A DNA stretch of 63,332 nucleotides, the filler included, from Welwitschia mirabilis (Eukaryota), in NCBI GenBank assembly GCA_051453625.1. It is 6 parts of one record of this genome, joined end to end, with 100 filler letters (N's around TTAATTAATTAA, not from the genome) between each part and the next. Parts side by side here need not be neighbours in the genome. Positions count along the whole stretch, not along the records: positions 25,072 to 48,066 come from JBOZIK010000001.1; positions 48,167 to 56,679 come from JBOZIK010000001.1; 4 more parts are not named here. The stretch is one strand, 5' to 3'. Below the pieces are notes generated by a model. That model ran no database searches and was not told where the DNA came from. It saw only the letters and a program-made list of their open reading frames with translations. Every line of letters starts with the position of its first letter. Positions within the stretch are counted from its first letter, which is position 1. The position numbers and the translations under genes are program-made. This document shows, one piece after another, positions 42,029 to 55,994 of the stretch.

Positions 42029-42727
42029 ATACATAATAAATATCTTCACATTCTTATTAATAACATATTAGTAGGCCTTTATAAACTTGAAATTCTAGTC
42101 ATCTAAGCTAATGCCTTTTTGTTTAGAACTACTTTAATGATTTTTTAGATTTTCTCTTTAGTTAAAATTATTTGGATTTTGGTATTATTTACCTTTTACA
42201 TGTAACCCAGGATGAATCTCTCCAGAAGTTGAGGATTCATCTAGATTCCATTTAAATACATCTTTTGAAACTATTATGCTACTACTTTAAAGTTATTTTC
42301 TTATTCTCTAAGAAACTAATCATATCTTTGTTTTAGTTACTTATCTTTAGCTTTTTTCTTCTAGTAGATTATATCCTCTTGAACATCTATTCTAGCCTTT
42401 TTTCATATTTTATTATTATTTTGAGAATCTCAGTCCATAATAAAAGTTAATTTTCTATCAAAATATCTATGTATCTCTTCATGTTTAATAACTATGAGGA
42501 TTTCCTTCCTAGTTCACACATCCATTGAAGCTTTTTTAACCTTGATTTTGAGTTTTAACTATCTTTTTTCTTCCTCTAGCCTTTTCAAATATAGTCTAGT
42601 AGCCTTCTTAATATTTGTCTATAAAGCCAAATATTTTCAAATGTAGATTGAAAGTATTTATAGTATACAAATACCCATTCATAAATTTTTTTATTAATGA
42701 TTTAATGTTACCCATGAGAGGGCCTAC

Positions 42728-45700
42728 TATTGCAATGCCAATTTGTAGGAATTTAATGGTGTATTTTGAGTGCTTGTGTAGGACTCTTATATAAGTTTAG
42801 ATGGAATACTACTAATTATGGAGAATTGATAAGATGATCACTGAAACATGTAATTCATAAAATATTTGGAGGCTTCATAGGCTTATTCTAATACTTTAAA
42901 AGAATGATTTACTATGCAGAAGACTAATTCCTTTTTGAGATTGAAGATGAAAAAGCCTGTCGTCCCCTCTGTCATCTTCATAACAAGTAGGATGATAGAA
43001 CTGCTAACATGAATAGAGGCTGCAGAGTTGACTATAGGGCCTAAAGCTAATGGATCACCTCATGACATGGAGTGATATCCCCATTGTCATCCCCACGATA
43101 GTTGAGACGATAGTATTTTGTATGATGGAAAGAATTATCTTTATAATGGGATTATGTAACACATTTGGAATGCTAGGATTTATTCTTTAACCTCTAAGCT
43201 TGATCTTCTAGAACTTCAAGGTAAAACTATGAATACCCTCCCTTTTATTCACTTTCATTTCCTTCTTTTATGCTTGATGTTATTATGATAGAATATTGAA
43301 GGACAAGAGGTTCATCCAATAGTTTTAGAGAGAAGTTTACCTTAGTGTTGGGCTGAGTATACTCCATTGAGGTGCTACTACTTTGTTGCTAGTGGACGTA
43401 AAAGTTTTATAATAAATTCAATTACTCTTTTCACTATAAATGTGTTTATGTTTCTTATGGTTTAAGCTAATTATAGTTTAGTGATAGTTCTATAGTTTAT
43501 TTATATCATAGGAGTAACCTTTATCATGATTGATCTCATTAGTTTAGATTTGAATTACTATTTTATTCCAATCTCATATTGCATTGTCTATATTCTGTGT
43601 AGCAATTCTTATAGTTTATGTTACTTAGGAACAAGTAGTAAAACTCTTCCTAGTTGATCTAAGTTATAAAGAAATAGTTCTTGTAATAAGATAATTACAG
43701 TCTAAATACAACTCATCTCACTTTCATTCCATTCATTACATTTTTACCATTACTCATTTTGCATTACATTTACATTATTATTTATTTTTATTTATTGAAA
43801 TAAAAAAGATTAAAAATACTTTTGAAAATTAATTCTCTAACTCTAGCCTAGTGCCTTCAATGGATTACAACATTCTGTTTGACTCTTGTCTATAGTAGTG
43901 TGTGTTTTTTTGCAAATATTTTGGTTTATACATTTTACCTAATGACTTAAAGATTGCATAAATTTACATCATAACATTTTAGCATCATTACTAAGGAAGG
44001 TCGCAAGAAGCTAGAGGATTACCACTATCTAGACAAGTACCTCGAATTTCTATTCAAGTTATTTATTTAAAATAGTACTATATCTTTAGTGTAGCTTAAG
44101 TATGTTTATTTTTAAAAATATTTATTTTTGATAGCTTTAGAAAGCTTTGTCATCCTCTCTATCATCCCAATGACATTAGGAATGATGGTTCTCAATTTTT
44201 AAATTTATTTTATTTTCATAAATTTTTTTCTGTTTGTTAATCAATAATAAAATACTATCATCTTCACTATCATTCCCACAAAATACAAGATAATAGTCTA
44301 ATTCTTCATTTTCTACAATTTTTATTTGAGTTTAATTTTTATTTGCTATGTAAGAATGCAGGGACATGGTCAATGTGGGTCGAATGATAAAATATTAAAG
44401 AGAACAGAACCTAATTGAAGAAAACATTAGAGAAAGATTATTTGAATACAATCAAAATCTAGGTATGCATACCTTAGGTATCCAAATTTAAATAATTAAA
44501 GAAGGGGATTTTTTTACTTTTATTATTTTAAAATCATACTTTGCAAAAGAAAATTATAGCATAGAAGTAGATCATGTTATTTCTTCTTTAGATATGTTGA
44601 AATTATCATAAGAACAAAAGCAAGTTGCTTTTTTAAGTACTATAATCATAATAGAAACTTCTTCTTCAAATGAAAATATTACTCTTAATTGGTAATAGAA
44701 AATGTGATATTTAAAATCTCTTTATTTTACCTCCCAATGATGATGTTAAGTTAAGAAATTTAAGTGCCTATACAACGTTTTTAAGGAAACCTGAGAAAGA
44801 TCCTTTCCAACATATAGCTGATATTGAATAACTTGTGCTCACCTTGGAAAATGGAAAGAAACATATTAGTGATCATACCTATAGATTATTTTTCTAGACA
44901 CACTTAGAGGAAGGGCAAAAATTTGGCTTAAAACCATTTCACAGAAGAGTCTTAAGTCTTAGAGTCAAGTGTAATAAGTGTTTATCAAAAGATTTTTGAG
45001 TAAAAGTTTCATGAGAAAAATAATAAAGAAAGTGACCAACTTTCAACAACAACCTCATAAGAATTATGCCACCACTGATGAGCATTTTATCATAGCTAGT
45101 CATTCCAATCCTCTTGATGAAATCTGTAAGGAAGAGTTATCTAATTACTTCTGCAATGACTTAAATTATGAAACTAAACAACTTGTAGACTTTTCTTATG
45201 GAAGCAACTTATTAAACTTAGTCTTAAAAGATGCATGGAGTATGTTAGAAAACCTACTAAAGATAAGTCAAACTTAACCTAAATCCACTAAAGAAAATTG
45301 AACTATATGCCAAATCATAAAGGATTTAAATGAGGTTAAGCATGATAAGGAAGAAAAGAGAGGTGACTCAACCAACTTAATTAAAGATTTCACTACCACA
45401 TAAGAGAAATACACATAATCCATAGTTGATGCAAAGGTAGTAAAAGATGAAAACAAAGTACAACTTCAAAATTTATAAAGACAACTTTCATCTAACTAAA
45501 AAGTGTCCCTTGTTACTAACTTGTAAAGAGAATATGTTTGAGGAAGTTTGTGTATTCAACCAAAGAACACTTTAAAAATCAATCACAATTTCAATAAAGA
45601 TTAGATGGGAAATCATATTGAAAACCTTTGAGAATAGATTTAGAATTTCAAACGTTAGCCTAATTTTCAGCAAAAATGATCCACTTAGAGAATCCATAAA

Positions 45701-46701
45701 TGAAATGAGAAAGGTGCAAGAAAAGACTAATAGTAACATTAAAAACTTAGTGAATGTACTCAGTAAACAATGCTTACCAATCAAAGACCATAAGAATCTC
45801 TTGCATCTCAACATTTACCCAATCGAAATGAAATCAAGAAAGATATAAAAATAGTAACAAGAAGTGAAAATGATATAACACCTTCTATTTATGAGGTTTT
45901 AACTCCTAAAAACAATGAAAAGAATGAATAAGATTATGTAGAAATTTTGAACTCATATAACATCCTATCAATATCATAAGCTAAGACCTCCACGAAAAAC
46001 TATTCACAAGAAATCAAAGGGAAGAAACCATCTATTTCTTGGCTTGATCAATTTAATACAAAGCCTATCTTTAATGAACATTTAAAAACCTTAATAAAAG
46101 ATGTAAACATCAACTTGCCTTTTTGGAAACTCTTACAAGAAAAACCTAAATATCCTAAATTGTGGAAGGGCCTAGTAAAGAAAATAAAAACGTACCTCTC
46201 TAGCAATGTTTTTCTTGCTTAATCTATCTACAACATAGTCATAAAAAAGTGTCTTAAATTTGAAGACCCTAGACCTACAACTATGTTTATTACCTTGGAA
46301 GGAAATAAAAGAATTTAAAAAGCTTTAATTGACATAAGAGCTAGTGTAAACATCATTCATTTATACAACTGTAAGATACTTGAGTTTCAAAATAAAATAG
46401 AACCTACATAAATTATCTTGGAATTGGTTGATACTTAATTAAGAAACCATTAGGCATTATTACTTACTCATCCAAATTAAGGAATTCTTTTACCCCATGG
46501 ATTTGGTTATAATTGAGGTATAACATGATGGAGGTTATTCACTTTTGTTAGAAAGATTCTTTTATGCAACTATCCACTATATCATTTACACAGACCAGGA
46601 TAATGGAATGTCACATAGACAATAAAAAATTTACCATTTGAGTTTTTAATGCTACTAAAAAGGGCATAAGAGATGAGTTTAACTTAGAAGAATAATTGAA
46701 A
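42728..46701 (+). mobile_element. Athila-like element: 5' LTR (42728-43976), decayed PBS, gag-protease relic; truncated
   Basis: LTR homologous to the reverse complement of 16273-17627 and ending ATAACA. PBS-like TTTTAGCATCATTACTAAGG. Gag KDPFQHIADIE at ~44797 plus ORFs 44978-45277 and 45618-45848. Protease FEDP...ALIDIRASVNI at ~46260-46355. Confidence 0.88.
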
Positions 46702-46850
46702 CACTACAAGAAATAGAGGATTTTAAGACATTTATTTAAATAAATGCTATAATTATAGGGGCTTTTAAGGTGTTTATTTTGAAAAACACCTAAAAAAATC
46801 TTGGCTTTTAAGGCATTTAATATGATAAATGCTGTAAAAGCTGAGATTAT
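46702..46850. mobile_element. CACTA (En/Spm) terminus with subterminal repeats
   Basis: CACTACAAGAAA at 46702, followed by alternating direct and inverted motifs (ttttaagacattt, aaatgctataa, ttttaaggtgttt, aaaacacctaaa, ttttaaggcattt, aaatgctgtaaa). Partner end not seen. Confidence 0.75.
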
Positions 46851-46877
46851 TAAAACAAAAAAACATGGCCATGTGCA

Positions 46878-47455
46878 CATAGTTAATAATAACCTAACCC
46901 ACTATAGTGTGCATTATTTCATGTTATAAACTTAGTGCCCCTCTACTTATGCCTTGCTCCACTCTACTCATGCCTTACTACTCACGCCTTACTCATGCTT
47001 TGCTACTCTCCTCGTACCTTACTACTTGTGTCTTGTTCAAAACAACTTCAGCTCAAAACAAGTATAAAAATGTACAATACTCTAATGGTGATGATGAATT
47101 AATAATATTTAGTGATAAAGCAATGTCATTCCTTTTTTGCTTCTTATTGAATTTTGCTAAAACTTGACTAGTGAGATAATTTCATTAATAAGCAGTTATT
47201 TATTTATCTTTATTTCATAAGAGAATTTTTATAACTTGATTAAACATTATTGCACATACTATTTTCTCCCTGTGCATTAATTATTCTTTCATAGTGCTAG
47301 AGCAAGTAACATTCTATCACATTCCCTCTCCTAATTGCATTTTGGTTCATCCTCTAGAAATGGAACACTAGTTTTCCCTTGCTACTCTACTAGTAATTAC
47401 ATGTGACAACTGCTTATAATATTTTATTTACATGGTATTTGAAGAAGAAGCTTTC
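46878..47455 (-). mobile_element. Possible hAT transposon end relic
   Basis: Cluster of YGCCTTRCT-like short repeats at 46950-47025. Minus-strand fragments AIR...TCSS..ER and YVQ resemble the hAT dimerisation region TCSxSGCERNWS. Confidence 0.3.
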
Positions 47456-48066
47456 TATTGTGCTGATAACTTATGTGTATTTGATAAGATATTATGAGTT
47501 GTTTTACAGGTTAATTAATAAATAAATGCTTAATCCTCATAATATCGAGAACTAAGATGAAGAGAATGAAAACACATAGTTTACAGATAAATTACAAGCA
47601 TTTGGCATAGATATGGATAATTAACATTTAGAATAATGATTCTTGTAAACAACAAAGTAATTGAACTGACTGAAAGTTGAGAAAAGGCTATTGTCCACAT
47701 AATCGTCTAGACGGCACAGGCGGATGACATCTCTAAACTGAGCGATAACAAGTTTACATGCAAATCACAGGCAGTTCAACTAGATGAAATAAGAACATCT
47801 AATTATCAGTCTGCATCATCTCTTATATCGTTCGGATGACATGGAAGACAACACTATTCTCTCATACTTTTACCGAATGTTTTCTCGAGTTATTGTCACT
47901 TCATTATGACTTTTCTTTGCATGTTAGTTAAGGTTTCTCCTCTACTTCTCTGTTATTTTTCCTTTCTTTTTATCTATAAATAAGGGTCTCCCCTTGATCC
48001 CTAATCATCTTCAACAATACCTGATATTCTCATGACAGGAGATCTTGGGATTGGAAAAGCATCTAG
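47456..48066 (+). repeat. LTR fragment homologous to 3958-4565, running into a scaffold gap
   Basis: Colinear similarity, e.g. aacttatgtgtattt, taaataaatgctta, attcttgtaaacaacaaagt, gacttttctttgcatg, ctataaataa. Confidence 0.85.
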
Positions 48067-49629
48067 NNNNNNNNNNNNNNNNNNNNNNNNNNNNNNNNNN
48101 NNNNNNNNNNTTAATTAATTAANNNNNNNNNNNNNNNNNNNNNNNNNNNNNNNNNNNNNNNNNNNNTTATTCCTTTTGTATGCCTATAAAAGGCTCTCTA
48201 CTTACATTAAATAATATCAAATTGCCTTTGCATAACTTCTTTTATTTAGTTTTTGGGCTCTTTATTTAACAACAAGGCCTACAAGGCACCAACACATGGG
48301 AAGAGTGCTTAAGCTATTAGCCAATGTAGCGTCAGGCCTGCACTGTAGCCTAAAATATGTTTGGAAAACATCGCTTCTCTGCTGGCCTACCATAATTAGA
48401 AGCAATGAAAGGCAGGGTAACCCAGCGCTGTATACGTAAGATATCAGCTTTGGCCAGAAAAAGAGTCATGGTCATTGAGATATATATAAAAATAAGACCA
48501 AGGCACTGTAGATAATAGCCTCAAGAGGGGCGAGCCTTAGAGGCTGCATATCCCATCCTCTAGATTTTCTATAGAGAGGGGTGACCTCATCAAAACTGAC
48601 GCAACTGATGATCAACTGTTGCCAATAAGAGCTAGAGACCCTCCCATAATAGGGCCTGAATGGAATCTTTCTGTTACGCTTCAGATATCTCTACAGGTCT
48701 AAATAATCATCTAAATTGCCACTAGACTGAAATTGATTCTATCAGGGGCTTAATGAAACTAAGAGAAAGATAGACACAGGGGCCCGGAAACAAGATAACT
48801 AACACACACTTTTGGAGGGCGATGGGAACAACCGGCCTGGTAATCAAAACATAAGATAGACCAGCAAATCAGAATCATCTAATCAGAAAAAGACACTGGC
48901 TACAAGGAGACCATAGATCTTCAAACTTGAAGAGAAGGATGGACTTGAAAAAGAGGTAGGAGGTCACCTCATCAAGAGAGGAGTAATGCCCATTATTTAA
49001 CACCACACCCAATTTTTCTGGGTGTCTTTGAGTTTTTGAATCGACATCAGCTTAATGGAAAGANNNNNNNNNNNNNNNNNNNNNNNNNNNNNNNNNNNNN
49101 NNNNNNNNNNNNNNNNNNNNNNNNNNNNNNNNNNNNNNNNNNNNNNNNNNNNNNNNNNNNNNNNNNNNNNNNNNNNNNNNNNNNNNNNNNNNNNNNNNNN
49201 NNNNNNNNNNNNNNNNNNNNNNNNNNNNNNNNNNNNNNNNNNNNNNNNNNNNNNNNNNNNNNNNNNNNNNNNNNNNNNNNNNNNNNNNNNNNNNNNNNNN
49301 NNNNNNNNNNNNNNNNNNNNNNNNNNNNNNNNNNNNNNNNNNNNNNNNNNNNNNNNNNNNNNNNNNNNNNNNNNNNNNNNNNNNNNNNNNNNNNNNNNNN
49401 NNNNNNNNNNNNNNNNNNNNNNNNNNNNNNNNNNNNNNNNNNNNNNNNNNNNNNNNNNNNNNNNNNNNNNNNNNNNNNNNNNNNNNNNNNNNNNNNNNNN
49501 NNNNNNNNNNNNNNNNNNNNNNNNNNNNNNNNNNNNNNNNNNNNNNNNNNNNNNNNNNNNNNNNNNNNNNNNNNNNNNNNNNNNNNNNNNNNNNNNNNNN
49601 NNNNNNNNNNNNNNNNNNNNNNNNNNTTT

Positions 49630-52600
49630 CTCTAATAATTTGCCCAATTTGGAACTCTTTCCTCTTGAAAATTTTTTCATTTCTAGCTTGCCACACATGA
49701 TAAATATAAGAAGTGATGAGAAATTTGGTAATACTATGCTGTGCATTCTTTTTCTCTAAGTTTCTGCTTTATCCAAATTTATACATCCTACTAGGACACT
49801 ATTGGGGGGCTGATTCTAGCAAGATTGAAAACTGCCCTAAGTAGGAGAGCACTAGGGGGACATTCAAAGAAGATATGGCCTCTATTTTCTTCTGTCATAC
49901 CATGCAGCACACACATTGGGTCTGTTTGAATCCCTGTGTTGAGGATTCTATCTTTAGTAAACAATCTGTTATTACATACCAACCAAGAAATGAAAAAATA
50001 TTTTAGGAGTGCAAAATGACTGTAGATTAATTTAAACCATTTTGTATTTGAGTCTTGGCCAATTAAGGATTGGTAGATTGTAGCTGTGGAGAAATATTTT
50101 CCAAAGGCTTTCTAAACTAATGAATCATTTGTAATTAACATGCATTTCCTTAAGAGGGTTCTGAGATTTAAGATTTTTTTTAGAATCCAATATGTATTGT
50201 GCTTTATCTAATATTGCCAGATATTAACTTCTTTGAAATAGTATTCATGGAACCATTTTACCCAAAGGGTGTCCTTTTTAAGTGCTATATACTAAAGTTG
50301 AGAGCAAATGAGAATTTCATTCATCAAGAAGAAGTCTATTAGGCCTAATCCCCTTGCTTTCTTTGATTTAAACAACTTTTGTCAGGCTATTGGAGCTTTT
50401 TTGGACTTATCTGAGTTACCTGTTTATAGAAATATTTTACAAAGGGAATTTATTTCATGCAGCACCTTGTTTGAAAGGATGAAAACCCTGCACCAAAAGG
50501 TTGATAAGGATTGAAGTACAACTTTAATCAACATACATCTGCCTGCATATGATAGAAATTTTGTGGTCGAAGTTCTAATTTTCCTCATAACCCTAAGGAT
50601 AAGAGGAAGATAATCTGAAATGGATAATTTTTTTGACTTAAGAGGAACACCCAAGTATTTAACCAGAAGGACTCCATCTGAAAATCCTAGAAATTGCAGG
50701 AATCTTTACTTTTACCCCTGAGAGATTCCACCAAAGAACACTTGGCTCTTAGAAATATTGACCTCTAGACCCAATACATCCTTAAAATGGTCAAGATTTG
50801 ATTTCATCAAGTGGATGGAGCAGTCCTCTACTTTGCAGAACATGAAAAGATCATTAACATAGCGTAGATGAGTAATATGAAGTCTTTTACATTTTGGATA
50901 GAAATAAAATTTAGGATTGAGGGTCATCTTTTTAATTCTTCTAGAAAGGTATTCCATAATGATGGAAAAGAGGTAGGGAGAGAGAGGGTCTCCTTACCTA
51001 AGGCCTCTTTTACCTTGGAAATACCCCACCATGCCCCCATTGATTAGGATAGAGAAATAAGAGGAGAAAACACAAGCTTTTATCCAACTGATGAATTTAT
51101 AAGGAAAGCCTAAACCTTTCATCAGGTTTATTAGAAAAGTCCAAGAGACTAAATCATAGGCTTTCTTAAGGTTTATCTTCAAAGCACACCTTGGGCTGAT
51201 CCTTTTCCTCGCATAGTGCTGAACAAGTTCTTGTGCGAGAAGAATATTATGGATGATACTTCTATGTGGGATAAAAGCCCCTTGATTATTAGCTACAATG
51301 TCATTTAAAACTTCTTTCAGCATATTCGTAATGATCATTGCAATAGCTTTGAAAATGACATTACAGCAAGCGATCAGATGAAAGTCATAGGCCAAGTTGA
51401 GGGTGAGCGATTTGGGAATTAAAATGATGGTTATTGAATTGATGCTTATAAGAATTCCACAATCTCAGAAAAAACTTTTTAAAGATGACTAGACACCTTG
51501 GTCAATAATATTCCAAGTAGATTTAAAAATTTTGGCTGAAAACCATTTGGCCCTAGGTTGTTCTGATTACCAATTGAAAAGAAAGCATTTATGGCTTCCT
51601 CAAAAGAGATTTATTTGCATAAAATAAAATAATGATGCTCTGAAAATGATGGGCTAGCCTTTAAATAAGAAGGATTCAGATTAGCCAATTGAAGCTTTTT
51701 GCTAAGTAGGTCCTTGAAAAAAGATAAGAAACATTGATGAATATCCTCTTGATGAGATAATAGGTTATTGTTTGAATCGTAGATAGCGCTAATCATGGAT
51801 GAATTATTCCTTTTCTTGAGGCAAGCATGGAAATATACTGAATTCATGTTCCCCTCCTTAGCCCATCTGATTTTGACTCATTTCTTAAAATGCTAAATTC
51901 TTAAAAATTTAGATTTTTGAACTTTGTAGTTGTTGATTTTTTACTTTCACACAGAGCCAAGGAATGGGAGGATCCTTCTAGTTGCTTTTGAATAGTATGG
52001 AGGTTTATCTGAGCTTGAAGAATTTGCTGACTAAGGATTTTTGTATTGGTAGCATATTTCGCTCTAAGCACATTCTTGGTTTGTTAAAGTTTTTTATGCA
52101 GACCTGCCAGGGAATTACAGGGAGGAAGGGCATTTCAAGAAGATTGGACGAGTGTTTAAAAGTCTTTATCATTACACCAAAATTGCAAACCTGAAGGGAG
52201 AACTTGATTTAAATCCTTTATTAAGTGATAGGGCAGTTGGGGAGTGATTAGAAAGGCCTGGAGGGAGAAAATTAGTGAAGGAGAGTGGGAAAGTATCTAG
52301 CCAGTATGCATTTATCAACCCTTTATTCAACTTGCAATGGATCCTTTTGTGAGAGATTTGCTTATCGGACCAAGTGTATACATAGCCACAAAACTTTAAG
52401 TCTAATAAGTGACATGAAATAAAGAGATCCTGAAGTTCTTCTATATCCTTAGCACTGACCGAGAATCCATTTAATTTTTCACCCAGCTGAGCAATGTAGT
52501 TAGAGTCCCCAATCAATAGCCACGAGGGAGGAGATTCACTGGTTAAGGTTTAAAATATTAGATAATAGAGAGGCTCTATTTTTGTGGGAATTGAATGTGT

Positions 52601-52926
52601 AAGCGAAAGAGCATCAAAAACCAGAACACTTAAAATCCAGTTCATAGTGAATGACCTATAGTGATACATGTTTAACTGATAGCTTCATGACCTTTGGATC
52701 CCATAAAATCAAAATCCTACCATTTGAGTTACTAAAAAAATTATGTGTATAGGTCCAATACTGATACAACATACATTTTTTTTGCAATAAAATCCATTTT
52801 GTTACATTGTACTTTAGTTTCTAAAATAGCGACAACACTAAGATTCTCAGTGGAGATAAAATGGTAGATTTCATGTTGTTTATCTAGGCCATTAAGGCCT
52901 CTAATGTTTCATGACACGATATTCAT
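49630..52926 (-). pseudogene. L1 LINE ORF2 relic (APE endonuclease, RT, zf-RVT)
   Basis: Starts MNIVS*NIRGLNG at ATG 52926. Endonuclease WLLIGDSN...YTWSDKQ...LSNHSP. RT KINLKKAYDLVSW, RGLR*GDPLSPYLF, HLRYVNDL, YLGVPL, LSYAGR. zf-RVT RLFTKDR...HIFFEC. Confidence 0.93.
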
Positions 52927-54310
52927 GTTCCTAATTTGAAAAGCTCAGTAGACCCTTCTCTTTTAGATTTACATTAGTTTGTTTGACAGGAGTTGGTTTT
53001 TAGATCAATGATTTTCTGGGAGTAATTACAATCTACAGGGCACGATGTTAATGGTAAATATGCCATTATTAAGAGAAGATACATTATCAGGAAGGGATTG
53101 ATCTTTTGAAGAGCTAGCATGTTCTGGCCAAGGCTTTGCTGCATTACAATTGGAGGTTGCTATTGACAGGCTTTGCTATGAGGGCAATCGAGNNNNNNNN
53201 NNNNNNNNNNNNNNNNNNNNNNNNNNNNNNNNNNNNNNNNNNNNNNNNNNNNNNNNNNNNNNNNNNNNNNNNNNNNNNNNNNNNNNNNNNNNNNNNNNNN
53301 NNNATTCCTTATCTGCATAGTCAGAGGAGAGCACTAGCCTGAGAGATGACACTGAAGTCGCTACTTAAGAGAGAGGGGACATCATCATTTACGGAGCTAG
53401 AATGATAGGAGCATCGGAGATAGGGCTGAGGCTGGAGGCCGATGTTGCTGGCATTATAGAGTCTAAGGGGAGAAAAGCAGAATCTTCTTATGAGATGGCA
53501 TCGAGAGTTTTAGCAGCTTCTATCCATTCATCTGTAGTCCTAACTAGAAGGGGTTTAGTGTTTGGAAAAACCAGTATCTAGATTTGATTATGTTTTCTTT
53601 TCCTGATGCACATCTTGGCTGTATGTCAAAAACAAATGCAGAAAGAGCATTTGGATAGCACCATTCATATTTAACTTTTTGCTCTAACATGATGCCTTCT
53701 AGTCCCTTCAAGATTATAACTATTAGCATTTCATGATCTAGGGTGATTTTGACACAAACTCTAGCAAAGCTCAATCTCTTTTGTATTACCATGACTGCAT
53801 TTGTGCAGATAGGCTTACCAATGATGCTTGCTACTTTGGAAAGGATTCTTATCAATCACAGGTGAAGATTAAGTCCTGGAAATTTTACCCAAATCAGAAA
53901 AGAGAAAATCCTATCTATTTCAAGAGGAGCTAAGGGGGACCAGGGTTTGAGAAACAGTGGTCTACTTTCAAACGGCTAAAATCCCTTCATGAGAATACTC
54001 TGCATGAAATATTCAGATTGAAATTTAAAGAGGAACATACCTCTTTGATCTGAGAAACCAAGATGAAATCTTCTCCCCCCATCGTTGCTTGACATAGTTG
54101 TGGACCTTTTGGATATGCAGTTTCATCCTGTAAATGAAACCGACCAATGAGTTTTTCCAGCATACTACTTCATTATTTCATTCCTCTTCATCGATGTTGA
54201 CTTCAGAGGTAGAAAAGAGTTGAGGGAGAAAAAACAGTTTGAGTTGATATTTTGATTCTGAGCCACAATATCTACCCATAAGAACTAGCTATTTTTTATG
54301 GCTAGCATTT
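52927..54310 (-). pseudogene. L1 LINE ORF1 relic (DUF4283 / zf-CCHC_4 type)
   Basis: WKNSLVGF near 54140-54162, PLFLKP* and IWVKFPGL near 53870-53960, and LSKVASIIGKPI...RLSFARVCV...VKYEW (ORF 53544-53855). Confidence 0.85.
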
Positions 54311-55027
54311 CAGGGCCTTCCTGATTCTCTATGGATGTGTAATCATAGGAAGCAAGTAGTAGAGGTCTGTGACAAAGATTTACAATGATCCAAGTGAGCA
54401 TCGCGTTCTCCACAATGCTTCTTGTTGTTTCTTCAAGCATCCGCTATGAGAGCGATGTTTAACTGGACCATGTCAAGATCTGAATGTCTGTCCATAGGTC
54501 ACACATTTAAACTTCATTTCCCCATGTGAAAGTAAAGAAGAAGACGATGATTATTTGCACTAGAGTGTCTTAGCTTAACTATCACTTCATTTAGTATCTC
54601 CATCATATGAGTCATTAATATTGCAGTGAGCTAACTCTCGATTATGTTGTAAAGGAAAAAAATTGAAGAGGAGAATGAAATGTTAAGTAAAAGTCTCGAT
54701 TCTTTCTGTTTGTGCAAATTGGAAGTATTGAAAACCTCCATTCCCACCTCTAATAACCTTGGATAGCTATCTAAAAAAGACAATCTTGAATACAAAATGT
54801 AATACATTACAGTAGCTTGACGTTATGATGTTGCATATAAAGCTTTACACTTTATTTAAAACATGTATTCATTTTTTTTTGTGCTATTATGTATGATAAG
54901 GTTTTCAAATAATAACATTTAAGTTATGCATATTGATTATTATATAATTTTAGAGAATGTGTTCTGTGAGATAATTAATAGTATGTCACATTTAAGTTAT
55001 GCATATGTGCCTTACTAAAACTAATTA

Positions 55028-55280
55028 TTTGGTTGAGAGGCCATCCCTAGTAAGTAATTTGTCCGAGATAGTGTTACACCTATTTTTTAAAAATTTTATT
55101 TTTAGTTTAAAAAACTTATAAAACATTAAACTTACTTAACTTGGAAATAGTCAATTTGGCCGAGAGGCCATCCCGAGTGAGTGATTTGTCTGGGATAGTG
55201 TTATGCCCTTTTTTATTTAATTTTATTTTTAGTTAAAAAACTTATGAAACATCAAACTTACTTAACTAGAAAATGGTCAA
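55028..55280. repeat. Tandem duplication, two diverged ~127-bp units
   Basis: Units at 55028-55154 and 55155-55280, both tttgg..gagaggccatcc...aaacttacttaac...gtcaa. Confidence 0.9.
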
Positions 55281-55799
55281 GATAATAAATTTTGAAATAG
55301 CAATTCTCATAAAGTTTGAAATGGAAAACCTTATATTTTTTTGAAACATTTAAACTCATAATTTTTGAAACTATAAACCTAATTTTATGGGGTTATTTTC
55401 ATCCTTTAAAAAGGGCTAAACAAATGCACACAATCAAAATGCAACTAAAAGATGAAAAACATTGATACATCTTGGCCAACTTATAGATATATATTATAGT
55501 ATATATCTAAGCTAGTAATATGTTTTATCTCTTGAGGTAAAAATCTTAGTCATGTTGATGTTTATGTTTTAATGGTGATATTTATGTTTTAATGATTAAT
55601 TGAGAATGTGTGTTTTTTTTTCAAAAGTATTCTATTATATATTTCTGATATGTGTACAAACTTTGATGGTAATTTTATGATTATAGTGATCTTGAAAAGC
55701 ATGTGATGTTCTAAAGGTTATTTATTCCTTTTAAAGTTGATTAAAAGATGTTGAATATTGTCTTACTACTAAATGTTGAAAAGTGGTAAGATAATGTTC

Positions 55800-55908
55800 T
55801 TAAAAACTAAAATTATAATTAGTGAAAAAGTCCCTTTGAAAAATGAAAATTTTGATTAGTGTATGAGTGCCTCTTAAGAACTAAAATTTTGATGAGTAAA
55901 ATGTCTTC
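55800..55908. repeat. Degenerate tandem repeat, ~3 units of ~38 bp
   Basis: Recurring aaaattWtRatKagt core (aaaattataattagtg, aaaattttgattagtg, aaaattttgatgagta). Confidence 0.6.
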
Positions 55909-55994
55909 CAATTAAAAAAAGGCATAATTATTATAGAATGCTTCTCTAATTAAATAAAATCACTAGCTTAGATATATAATATATATATATATAA

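Noticed and set aside
46907-47167. 86-aa ORF with repeated LLMP/LTHA
   Set aside because: The translation simply reflects the short GCCTTRCT repeat cluster; there is no coding evidence.
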